The position numbers were made by a program, and so were the translations under genes. From a bacterium (GTDB taxonomy: Bacteria > UBP7 > UBA6624), in contig PBAU01000003.1 in the NCBI GenBank assembly GCA_002716355.1, forward strand, positions 210,001 to 242,000: 32,000 bases of DNA, in the 5' to 3' direction. The notes below the pieces were generated by a model, which saw only the letters and a program-made list of their open reading frames with translations, was not told the origin of the DNA and made no database searches. Positions 8,212 to 16,596 of the stretch are shown here, piece by piece. The first letter of the stretch is position 1. Each line of letters opens with the position of its first letter.

Positions 8212-9155
8212 AAGGGCAATCCTACTTTTTCAGCAAAGGCAGACAGCTGTTTTGGAACGCTTGCCTCAAAGATGCAATCCTTGCCTGTTTCTGGATGCAC
8301 AAACTGAAGCCTTTTTGCAACAAGCGCAAACCCATCCCAATCAATCCCTGCTGATTCCCTTTTGGCTTTCCTTCCTGAATAAAGGTCATCATTGACTATC
8401 GGGAAACCTGATTCAGAAAGATGGACACGGATTTGATGGGTCCGCCCGGTTTCCAGGTTCAATTCAACCAATGAAAAGCCATTTCCCTCATTGGTTGAGC
8501 TTACATGCGTGACAGCATCCCTTCCCTCTTCCACCCTTGTTGTGAATTTCTTGCGATTCTTCGGATGCCTTGCTATTTTTGTAGATATGGTTTTCGGCAA
8601 GTTGACTGATTCACCTGCGACAATCGCAAAATATGTCCTTTTCACTTTCCTATTTCTGATCATCTCCTGCAAGTCATGATGCGTCTTCTCTCTCTTTGAA
8701 ACAACCATTAAGCCATGTGTTCCCCTGTCAAGCCTGTGAACCAGCCCTTCTCTGTATTTTTCTCCCGGCAATTCGCCAAACCTGTGCTTCAGTCCTTCTG
8801 CCAGTGTCAAGCCTCTTGTCCCTGCTCCAGAATGGCAGACAACACCCCACGGCTTTTCAACAATAGCCAAGAAATCATCCTCATAAACAACCTCGAAATC
8901 AACATGGCCTATTTCCCTCTCTTGTGGCTCGTTGTTAAGTTCAGGCCATGAAAACACGTCTCCAACATTTACTTTGGAGCTTGGCTTGAGAACTTTATTT
9001 CCATTCACTGTGACCTTGCCGCCCTTTATTTGCTCTTTGGACCACGATCTTGAAGAGCCGGTTGTCTTAGATATGAGCACATCTAGCCTCAATTCCTCAT
9101 TACTGACCTTTTCTCCTGCGGAGAATATCAAATTAGAATCTGTATCCTTAGTCAT
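8208..9155 (-). CDS. rluD: RluA-family 23S rRNA pseudouridine synthase (RluD-like) with an N-terminal S4 domain
   Basis: Catalytic motif HRLDRGTHGLMVV and the conserved block GRTHQIRVHL. The N-terminal region is S4-like (LRLDVLISK...SRSWSKEQIKGGKVTVNG). The ORF-track start at 9185 is a TTG giving a hydrophobic MIGLYVYLSF extension. The ATG at 9155 (MTKDTD...) is preferred but not certain. Confidence 0.85.
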   Translation of the reverse strand: MTKDTDSNLIFSAGEKVSNEELRLDVLISKTTGSSRSWSKEQIKGGKVTVNGNKVLKPSSKVNVGDVFSWPELNNEPQEREIGHVDFEVVYEDDFLAIVEKPWGVVCHSGAGTRGLTLAEGLKHRFGELPGEKYREGLVHRLDRGTHGLMVVSKREKTHHDLQEMIRNRKVKRTYFAIVAGESVNLPKTISTKIARHPKNRKKFTTRVEEGRDAVTHVSSTNEGNGFSLVELNLETGRTHQIRVHLSESGFPIVNDDLYSGRKAKRESAGIDWDGFALVAKRLQFVHPETGKDCIFEASVPKQLSAFAEKVGLPL

Positions 9156-10710
9156 GAATGATAAGTATACATACAAGCCAATCAATAATGCATTGGTGGA
9201 AGCCTATATCAACAATGAACTGTCATCAATTTTTGATTCAAACCCTAGCAACAAAGATGATTGGGCAAGAAAGGCGAAAGAGCTTCAAGGTGAAGAGTCA
9301 AGAATCGACTGGACAGATGCAGACAATTTGAATTCCAAAATACAACTGGAAACCCCCTCAAAAACAAAATTCAAGATACACTGCGGGCAACAGATCAGGC
9401 TTCTTTGCGGACCTGTTTTCCTTTATTACAAATGCCTGACCACCCTTGGCATAAAAAGGAAATTGAAAAAATGGGGAATCGAGGCCGGAAGCATTTTCTG
9501 GTCAGAAAACGAGGATGACGATTGGGATGAGTTGAGAAAATCAAGATGGCTCTCAAGAGATCTTCAATTAATAAAAACAAGCCTTAAAGGGTCAAAAGAA
9601 AAAAGGATGATGAACCAATACAGCTACAGTGAACCTTCAGATTCACTTTCAGAAATCTTGAATCATGACCATGATTGCACATGGTCAAGACCTTTCATCA
9701 AGAACATGAAAGAATCCTTTGAAGGCAAAAGCTTTGTTTCTGCAAATGAGAAATACCTTACAGAGAACTATCTGAAAGAGCTTGAAATGAGCTTTGTCCC
9801 TTCAAGCCTGGAAAGCATAAAGGAATCCGGATCAAGAATCCTCGCAGAGTTTGTTAATAAACATAAGCAGATAACCGACTCAATCATCAAATCACATAAA
9901 AAGATGAAAGGGCTTGGTTTTGACATATCCTTCAAAAGCAATCCATCAAAACTGAATGTCTTTGAGCTTGGACAGGGAAAAAGATACAGGATAAACATAG
10001 AGGGAGACTTTGCTGTTAGCGAGTCTGGCAAAAAATGGAGACTGGATGAATTGGGTAAAGATATAGAAAAACATCCAGGTTCATTCGGTCCTAACGTTGT
10101 TTCCAGAACACTTATAAAAGATTACGTGTTCAATGGAATTGCAGTTGTTGTAGGGCCAGGGGAAATAGCATACAGGTCTCTTTTTCAGGAAGTTTACGAT
10201 ATCCTAGGGGTCACAAGACCGATCATCATACCAAGATACTCAGCATCAATAGTTCCAGAAAAATACTCAGAACTCATTGAGATAATCAATGATTTCGAAC
10301 TGATTAAAAAAGACCCAAAGAAAGCAGTTGAGAAATATGGAATTGAAAAAAACAAAGAGCTTTTTGAAAGCTTCAATCAGTTCCAGGATGACATGAATCA
10401 AAAATCAAAACCATTCCTTGAAGATTTATCCAAGAAGATACCATCGATAAAACCATTGTCTGAAAGGGTTTCCAAGCAGATATCCTCCCCGTTGGACAAG
10501 CTGAAAGGTCAAACATTCAGGGAGATTGAACCTCATGCATTCAACCAAATAAATGAATTGAGGAAAATAATGTGGCCGGAAGGAAAATCGCAAGAAAGGA
10601 TGCTAAGCCTACCGGCAATCGAATACCTTTTCAGCAAAAGCATGAAAGAATATGAACTATTGGAGAAATTTGAAAAATGCAAAGACCGAAAATTGATAAT
10701 CTACCGTTAA
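9154..10710 (+). CDS. bshC: bacillithiol biosynthesis cysteine-adding enzyme BshC
   Basis: BshC-family blocks are present: HCGQQIRLLCGPVFLYYKCLT, SIFWSENEDDDWDE, FGPNVVSRTLIKDY...VVGPGEIAYRSLF. It is followed directly by bshB and bshA. The ORF-track start at 8932 lies antisense inside rluD. The first ATG outside the rluD body is 9154 (MNDKYTYKPINN...). The exact start is uncertain. Confidence 0.75.
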   Translation: MNDKYTYKPINNALVEAYINNELSSIFDSNPSNKDDWARKAKELQGEESRIDWTDADNLNSKIQLETPSKTKFKIHCGQQIRLLCGPVFLYYKCLTTLGIKRKLKKWGIEAGSIFWSENEDDDWDELRKSRWLSRDLQLIKTSLKGSKEKRMMNQYSYSEPSDSLSEILNHDHDCTWSRPFIKNMKESFEGKSFVSANEKYLTENYLKELEMSFVPSSLESIKESGSRILAEFVNKHKQITDSIIKSHKKMKGLGFDISFKSNPSKLNVFELGQGKRYRINIEGDFAVSESGKKWRLDELGKDIEKHPGSFGPNVVSRTLIKDYVFNGIAVVVGPGEIAYRSLFQEVYDILGVTRPIIIPRYSASIVPEKYSELIEIINDFELIKKDPKKAVEKYGIEKNKELFESFNQFQDDMNQKSKPFLEDLSKKIPSIKPLSERVSKQISSPLDKLKGQTFREIEPHAFNQINELRKIMWPEGKSQERMLSLPAIEYLFSKSMKEYELLEKFEKCKDRKLIIYR

Positions 10711-11450
10711 ATCCATTAGAGCCAGGATTGGATCTTTTGGCGATTGGAGCGCATCCAGACGATATTGAACTCTCCTGCGGCGGCATTTTGGCTAAATCAG
10801 CCAAACTTGGACACAGTACAGGCGTGCTTGATTTAACGAGAGGGGAAAAAGGAACAAGGGGAAATAAAGAAATTCGTCAAAAAGAATGTGATGAAGCAGC
10901 AAAAATTCTCAACTTGAAAATTAGATTAAACATGGAATGGCCTGATGCTTCAATACATGATACCGAAAAAAACAGAAAAGAGCTCGCCTATGTCATAAGG
11001 ATTCTTAGACCTAAGCTAGTCATTACACATCACTGGAACTGTAGGCATCCAGATCATATTGGTGCAAGCAAAGTTGTCGAAAGAACATGTATGCTTTCAG
11101 GATTGAAAAAATACCTAAATGAAGATGAGCAGGCACCTCCAGAATGGAGACCTGACAGGGTTTTGTTTTTTGGAGGTTGGCACAACAAACACCCAAGTGC
11201 AATTGTTGATATTACAGAATATTTCAACCAAAAACTAAAAGCTGTTTTTGCACACAAAAGCCAATTCTTCAATGAGGATTCACCTGATCCTGAAACCTTG
11301 CTTTCTGACCCGAAGTTTGAATCCTGGATGCATCAAAGATCCAGATATTGGGGTCAAAAGATAGGAAAGGAGTACGCAGAACCAATAACATGCAAGGGTG
11401 AAATACCATTAAATGACCCTGTTGAAACTTTTTTAAACGCTCCTTGGTAA
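10677..11450 (+). CDS. bshB: PIG-L family deacetylase, bacillithiol biosynthesis deacetylase BshB1
   Basis: LmbE/PIG-L motif LLAIGAHPDDIELSCGGILAK, then DLTRGEKGTRG and HPDHIGA. It sits between bshC and bshA. The ATG at 10677 overlaps the bshC end by 34 nt. Confidence 0.85.
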   Translation: MQRPKIDNLPLNPLEPGLDLLAIGAHPDDIELSCGGILAKSAKLGHSTGVLDLTRGEKGTRGNKEIRQKECDEAAKILNLKIRLNMEWPDASIHDTEKNRKELAYVIRILRPKLVITHHWNCRHPDHIGASKVVERTCMLSGLKKYLNEDEQAPPEWRPDRVLFFGGWHNKHPSAIVDITEYFNQKLKAVFAHKSQFFNEDSPDPETLLSDPKFESWMHQRSRYWGQKIGKEYAEPITCKGEIPLNDPVETFLNAPW

Positions 11451-12577
11451 AGAAACCTACAGTATTCATCACCTGCCATCCAACTGCGGGTGGATCAGGA
11501 ATCATCGCAACTGAACTTGCTGCAAACCTTGCTGCAAACGGGGCAAACACCCATCTTTTCTCTTATGGTGAACCTTTTAGGTTTTCATCTCTAGAGGATT
11601 CAAGTGTCACTGTTCATAAGCCAAAAGATCTCAACTATCCATTATTCAAAGAACATCATCCATATGCAATGACACTTGTTCAAAGCCTTCTTTCAGCTGC
11701 TGAAAAATCTCCACCAGACATACTGCATGCTCATTACGCTTTTCCTTTTGCTCTTGTCAACCATCTAGTTCAAAAAATACTCCTAAGAAGAAACATACCA
11801 ACGAGAAACATCGTTACCCTTCATGGGTCTGATACGAACCTTTTAGGAACAGACCCTGCTTACGGTCAGATAATCAAAGATTCTTTGGAAATGTCAGATT
11901 CAATTACTGCAGTTAGTGAATCTCTCGCACTGGAAAGCTATGCAACATTTGATTTAGATAAAAAAATAAAAGTTATAAATAATTTTGTAGACACTGAAAG
12001 ATTCACACCAAACAGAAAATCTCATCCAGCCATTGCTGCCGCAAAGTCAAGAGGAGAAAAGGTTGTTTTGCATATTAGCAATTTCAGAAAAGCAAAAAAT
12101 CCTCAACTTGTAATAAAAACATTTACTGAAATTGCAGCGTTGACTCCATCAAAATTAATATTGGCAGGTTCTGGTCCTGAATTAGAGAAATGTATAGACC
12201 TTGCAAAGAAAACAGGTATAAAAAACCATGTCGAAACATTGGGTGAAATCAAAAACATAGAAACTGTTTATCCTCATGCAGATGTTTTGCTCAATCTTAG
12301 CACCATTGAATCTTTTGGCTTAACAATCCTTGAATCTTTGTCATGTGGGGTTCCTGTTGTTGCAACAAAAGTTGGAGGAGTGCAAGAAGTATTAGGCCAA
12401 AAAGGAGATTTCTTCAAAACAACATCAAGCAAGAATCCAAAAGAAATAGCTAGGTTGGCACTCTCTGTAATCGGAAAAGGAAGGTTTCAAGCCAGACAAA
12501 GAGCAAAATTCTTCAGCAAAGAAAAGATAATAAAAAACTATCTTGATCTTTACGAAAAAGCATTAGCTAAAAATTAA
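11444..12577 (+). CDS. bshA: N-acetyl-alpha-D-glucosaminyl L-malate synthase BshA (GT4 glycosyltransferase)
   Basis: The N-terminus ITCHPTAGGSGIIATELAANLAANG matches the BshA signature (CYPxxGGSGxxATELG). The GT4 C-terminal region is ESFGLTILESLSCGVPVVATKVGG. The TTG start overlaps the bshB stop. Confidence 0.85.
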   Translation: MVKKPTVFITCHPTAGGSGIIATELAANLAANGANTHLFSYGEPFRFSSLEDSSVTVHKPKDLNYPLFKEHHPYAMTLVQSLLSAAEKSPPDILHAHYAFPFALVNHLVQKILLRRNIPTRNIVTLHGSDTNLLGTDPAYGQIIKDSLEMSDSITAVSESLALESYATFDLDKKIKVINNFVDTERFTPNRKSHPAIAAAKSRGEKVVLHISNFRKAKNPQLVIKTFTEIAALTPSKLILAGSGPELEKCIDLAKKTGIKNHVETLGEIKNIETVYPHADVLLNLSTIESFGLTILESLSCGVPVVATKVGGVQEVLGQKGDFFKTTSSKNPKEIARLALSVIGKGRFQARQRAKFFSKEKIIKNYLDLYEKALAKN

Positions 12578-13716
12578 TATTCAGGAATCTCTGAATCTAT
12601 CTCTCTAGACCAAGCAAGAATCCCGCCTTTTAGATTATTAACATCTAAAAAACCTGCACTCTTCAAAAAATTTACGACATTGGCAGACCTCATTCCAGAC
12701 TTGCAATAAACAACAATTCTCTTTGATGGATCAATCTCGTTTAACCTTTTTGGAATTTCATTCATGGGGATCCAATGCGAATTTTCTATTTTAGCAATGG
12801 CTACCTCCTCTTTTTCCCTAACATCTAAAAGAACATGCTCTTTTTTGTTTTCCCTGTAAGCAAAAAGATCACTTACTGTAATCTCATTGACAGCATTGAG
12901 TTCAAACCCTAAAGGAGAACCACAAAAAAACTCATAATCTATTAGATCTTTTATAGATGGATTTGATCCACATAATTTACAGTTTTCATCTTTTCCCAGC
13001 TTCAAATGCTTCATCTCCATTGTCAAAGAGTCAAATATAGCGACTTTTCCTACAAGCGGCTCCCCTACTCCGGTTATTATTTTTATTGCCTCTAGAGCCT
13101 GTATGCTTCCTATTATTCCAACATGTGCACCCATAACCCCAGCGTCAGCACAACTTGGAACCTCTCCTGGTTTTGGTGGTTCTGGAAACATGCACCTATA
13201 ACAAGGACCCTCATCATGGCAAAAAACTGAGACTTGCGCGTCAAAACGAAAAACAGATGCATGTACATTTAATTTATTTGTTAATCTGCAAGCGTCATTA
13301 ACTAAATACCTTGTTGGAAAATTATCCGAACCATCCAGGATAATGTCATAACAACCAATAATTTCTTTTGCATTAGAAGAGTCTAGCTTCAAGTCGTGTA
13401 CCTCAACATCAACATTGGGATTAAGGTTTTCAAGATGTTTTTTTGCTGCTTCTGTTTTCTTGAATCCCAAATCTTTAACACTGTACATAACTTGCCTATG
13501 CACGTTGGAAAGGTCAACTTTGTCAAAATCACATATTCCCAACTTTCCTATTCCAGCAGAAGCCAAATATATTGAAGCAGGGCTGCCAAGCCCACCTAGA
13601 CCAATAATCAAAACGGATGCATTTTTTAATTTTTCCTGACCTTGTTTGGATATTTCAGGAATCGCCATTTGGCGACTGTAACGAATCAGCTCTTCCTTAG
13701 AAAAATCACCAATCAT
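12574..13716 (-). CDS. moeB: MoeB/ThiF-family sulfur-carrier adenylyltransferase with a C-terminal rhodanese domain (MoeZ type)
   Basis: YSRQMAIPEISKQGQEKLKNASVLIIGLGGLGSP (E1 Rossmann fold). Two CxxC zinc pairs (CYRC, CKLC). The C-terminal rhodanese has an active-site loop VVYCKSGMRS. Confidence 0.85.
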   Translation of the reverse strand: MIGDFSKEELIRYSRQMAIPEISKQGQEKLKNASVLIIGLGGLGSPASIYLASAGIGKLGICDFDKVDLSNVHRQVMYSVKDLGFKKTEAAKKHLENLNPNVDVEVHDLKLDSSNAKEIIGCYDIILDGSDNFPTRYLVNDACRLTNKLNVHASVFRFDAQVSVFCHDEGPCYRCMFPEPPKPGEVPSCADAGVMGAHVGIIGSIQALEAIKIITGVGEPLVGKVAIFDSLTMEMKHLKLGKDENCKLCGSNPSIKDLIDYEFFCGSPLGFELNAVNEITVSDLFAYRENKKEHVLLDVREKEEVAIAKIENSHWIPMNEIPKRLNEIDPSKRIVVYCKSGMRSANVVNFLKSAGFLDVNNLKGGILAWSREIDSEIPEY

Positions 13717-14791
13717 TTTTGTTTGAGTCTTGTCTGATAGCAGCAGCTCTTAATCTCTCTCTTGCCAATTCTGCACTAGCCTGTCTAGTAGTCAGTTTAT
13801 CATCTGCTTCAACTCTTGAAAAAATCTCATCTAGGCTTTCGGCTATTTTGCCAACTTTTTCTAATGCCAAATTCTCATTCCATGATCCATTCCTCTCCAA
13901 ATCAACATTTATCAAACCACCTGCATTAATAACATAATCAGGAGAGTAAAGTATTCCGTTCCTCTTCAAGCTAAGAGCGTCTTCTTTCTTTGCAAGCTGA
14001 TTGTTAGCTGCACCTGCAACAACCTTGCATTTAAGCAAAGGTATCGTGTGGCTATTTAAGGTTCCACCTAGAGCACAAGGGGCATAAACATCTATATCTT
14101 GAAGCATCCATTCATCTGCATTGCAAGCTTTACACCCAAGTTCAGAAACCGCTTTTTCAACCATTTCTTTGTTTATGTCTGTAACTACAACACTTGCACC
14201 AGCATTCCTTAACTTTTGAATCAAGCTCCAGCCAACATGCCCAATACCCTGCACAAGAACTTTAACATCATCTAGAGTCTTTCTTTTCAGTTGATGCTTG
14301 ACTGCCACTTGCAAGCCTAAAAAAACACCCTGAGCTGTAAAAGGTGAAGGGTCTCCGGATCCACCAATCTCGATTGGAAGACCAGTTACATGACTTGTCT
14401 CTTTTTTGACAGCAACCATATCATCAACAGAAGTTCCAACATCCTCAGCTGTAATATAAGAGCCACTTAAAGATTCAACCGCCTTTCCAAAAGCAGAAAA
14501 CATTTGCTTTCTTTTTTCTTGATCAGTTGGAGCAGGACCTAAAATTACTGTTTTGCCGCCCCCTAAAGAAAGGCCTGCGCATGCAGCTTTGTAAGTCATA
14601 CCTCTACTCAATCTCAAGACATCAGTCAAAGCTTCATCCTCATTTTGGTAGGTCCATAATCTAGTCCCTCCAAGGGCTGGACCCAATAAAGTATCATGAA
14701 TTGCAATAATAGCCCTAAGGCCAGTCGCCTCATCATTAAAAAAATGCACACCGTCATGATTCTTGTGAGACTCTTTTCCAAAAACTGTCAT
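13706..14791 (-). CDS. ldh: leucine dehydrogenase (Glu/Leu/Phe/Val dehydrogenase family)
   Basis: AIIAIHDTLLGPALGGTRLWTY...LRLSRGMTYKAACAGLSLGGGKTVI is the LeuDH catalytic-Lys region. The NAD fold is VQGIGHVGWSL. The ORF-track start at 14824 is a TTG. The ATG at 14791 (MTVFGKE) has AAGGAG at 14806-14801, 9 nt upstream. Confidence 0.85.
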   Translation of the reverse strand: MTVFGKESHKNHDGVHFFNDEATGLRAIIAIHDTLLGPALGGTRLWTYQNEDEALTDVLRLSRGMTYKAACAGLSLGGGKTVILGPAPTDQEKRKQMFSAFGKAVESLSGSYITAEDVGTSVDDMVAVKKETSHVTGLPIEIGGSGDPSPFTAQGVFLGLQVAVKHQLKRKTLDDVKVLVQGIGHVGWSLIQKLRNAGASVVVTDINKEMVEKAVSELGCKACNADEWMLQDIDVYAPCALGGTLNSHTIPLLKCKVVAGAANNQLAKKEDALSLKRNGILYSPDYVINAGGLINVDLERNGSWNENLALEKVGKIAESLDEIFSRVEADDKLTTRQASAELARERLRAAAIRQDSNKNDW

Positions 14792-14813
14792 AACCAAAAA
14801 CTCCTTAAAAAAC

Positions 14814-15683
14814 TTAATCCTCAACCAAAAATATTTTTCTTACCCAAATACTTGAAGGCTCTGCCTTCATAAAGGAAGACAGCGCTGAAGAAGATTCTAT
14901 CGGAAGGCCCACCTTTAATGCATCTATTTTTTTTCCAAGCCTGCCTTCAAAGGCCAATAACATATCTTGAATAATTGAAAAATTACCTTCTTCTTCCGGA
15001 TGGATGGCGCATAGGTTTGTATTCCATAATTTAATACCTTCAGACCATAAAGAAATATGCAGCAAGCCAACTAGCTTATTATTTCTATATGCCCCTACGG
15101 GAGCAACATGAGAATCACAAAGCTTAGACCAGTAATTAAAAAAAGTTTCTTTTTCCTCTTTTAAGCCTGCTCTTTTTTCTCTTGACCTTATATTTTGTAA
15201 ATTTGCCAAAGAATAAACTGCTTCAAAATCTCCAATATCCAAAGAAGAGACAGAAGAGCTAGCGCTAATTGGAAAAAGTGTGTCTGTGAAATCAAATACA
15301 AATTCACAAACATCCCCAACATCAATCAAATTGTCTACAACATTATGCATTCTTGGAGCAGGAGCCGCACAAGTTATCCAACATTTCCTGTCTGGATTAA
15401 GCATACTCCATGCTTCTTCAAGTTCAAATTGTGTTAAATCTTGCCCTCCCCAAAAATGAATGGAATCAGTGCCATTTACAGAACGTCTACCACAAAGAAA
15501 CCTTGGTTTCTCTTTTGCATCTAGAAAGAAATCCCATTCATGACTTTTCCACCTTTCCAAAAGCGAGACCTTTTTTTTCTCTTCAGAATACCTGTTCCAA
15601 CCCGGAAACGGTGCTGGCAAATTGCTAATATCAAAATTCTTCACAATATTCTTCCCCTTGTTGAATAAATTGGATCTTTCCAA
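14814..15683 (-). CDS. hypothetical protein (289 aa from the TTG at 15683, 276 aa from the GTG at 15644). A weak, degenerate GNAT-like C-terminal half is possible.
   Basis: Long ORF in the co-directional array between the epimerase and ldh. I recognise no confident motif. The C-terminal segment KLVGLLHISLW...LCAIHPEEEG is only vaguely acyl-CoA N-acyltransferase-like and lacks a clear Q/RxxGxG/A. The GTG at 15644 would give a GTGA overlap with the epimerase stop. Confidence 0.55.
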   Translation of the reverse strand: MERSNLFNKGKNIVKNFDISNLPAPFPGWNRYSEEKKKVSLLERWKSHEWDFFLDAKEKPRFLCGRRSVNGTDSIHFWGGQDLTQFELEEAWSMLNPDRKCWITCAAPAPRMHNVVDNLIDVGDVCEFVFDFTDTLFPISASSSVSSLDIGDFEAVYSLANLQNIRSREKRAGLKEEKETFFNYWSKLCDSHVAPVGAYRNNKLVGLLHISLWSEGIKLWNTNLCAIHPEEEGNFSIIQDMLLAFEGRLGKKIDALKVGLPIESSSALSSFMKAEPSSIWVRKIFLVED

Positions 15684-16594
15684 TTTTTAATTGAACCATC
15701 TTTTAAGCATCTTTTTATCTCTTTGATCCCATCAGGAATGGAATACCTTGATTCGTAATTCCAATTTTTTTTAATCTTCTCAAAAGAAACCTTATAACTT
15801 CTTGCATCTCTATCTACGGGATGAATATTTATGTCAACACCTTCTATCTCCTCTCCAAGTAAATAAGCAATCTGCTTTACTTTTAAGTTTTGAGCAGTTG
15901 AGCCAACATTGAAAACACCATTCACCTTGTTCTTATCGAGGGTTATAGCCATGAAAAATGCCCTGGCTGCATCCTTCACATCAAGAAGCGGCCTCCATTG
16001 GTCTCCACCAAACAGCATTACTTTTCCATTTTGAAAAGCATGGCAGGTTAACAGGTTAACAACAAGATCACATCTTGTCCTGCCTGAAGCTCCAAACAAA
16101 GTGCTTAACCTCAAAGCGCACCCTCCCTCAAGAGACAAAACATCATCTTCAGAATCAAGCTTGGTTCTCGCATAAAGTGTTAAAGGGTTTGGTTTCGAAT
16201 CTTCATCCACCATTCCGTCTTGAGCTCCATAAACAGAACAGGAACTTGCAAAAGCAAGCCTGCTTATTCCAAATTCCTTGCAAATCTTAACTATATTTTT
16301 TGTAGATTCATAATTGTCTTGAGCGCATTTTTTTGGATCAAGATCACAGCTAGGGTCCCCACTTGTGCCAGCAAGGTGAACAACTGAATCAGAGCCTATT
16401 GCACTTTTTTTTAAAAGTTCTAAATCTCCAACATCACCCTCAATTAAATCAATCTTGCTAAGATGTTTTCTAATTCCATAGTCTCCATAAGATAAATCAT
16501 CAAGGATAGTAACAGAAAAACCTTTCTTCAAAAGCAAAGGCACCAAAGAGCTTCCAATATAGCCTGCACCACCAGTAACAAGAACCTTTCTCAA
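15641..16594 (-). CDS. NAD-dependent epimerase/dehydratase (extended SDR, nucleotide-sugar modifying)
   Basis: The product begins KVLVTGGAGYIGSSLVPLLLKKGFSVTILDD (TGxxGxxG Rossmann fold). A YxxxK-type segment is present (YARTK). TTG start at 16594, 2 nt after the wzt stop. Confidence 0.8.
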   Translation of the reverse strand: MRKVLVTGGAGYIGSSLVPLLLKKGFSVTILDDLSYGDYGIRKHLSKIDLIEGDVGDLELLKKSAIGSDSVVHLAGTSGDPSCDLDPKKCAQDNYESTKNIVKICKEFGISRLAFASSCSVYGAQDGMVDEDSKPNPLTLYARTKLDSEDDVLSLEGGCALRLSTLFGASGRTRCDLVVNLLTCHAFQNGKVMLFGGDQWRPLLDVKDAARAFFMAITLDKNKVNGVFNVGSTAQNLKVKQIAYLLGEEIEGVDINIHPVDRDARSYKVSFEKIKKNWNYESRYSIPDGIKEIKRCLKDGSIKNWKDPIYSTRGRIL

Positions 16595-16596
16595 GT

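Noticed and set aside
8932-9153. N-terminal 74-codon extension of the bshC ORF as drawn in the ORF track
   Set aside because: It lies entirely antisense to the rluD coding sequence, and the extension has no BshC-like sequence. The start was moved to the ATG at 9154, with residual uncertainty.
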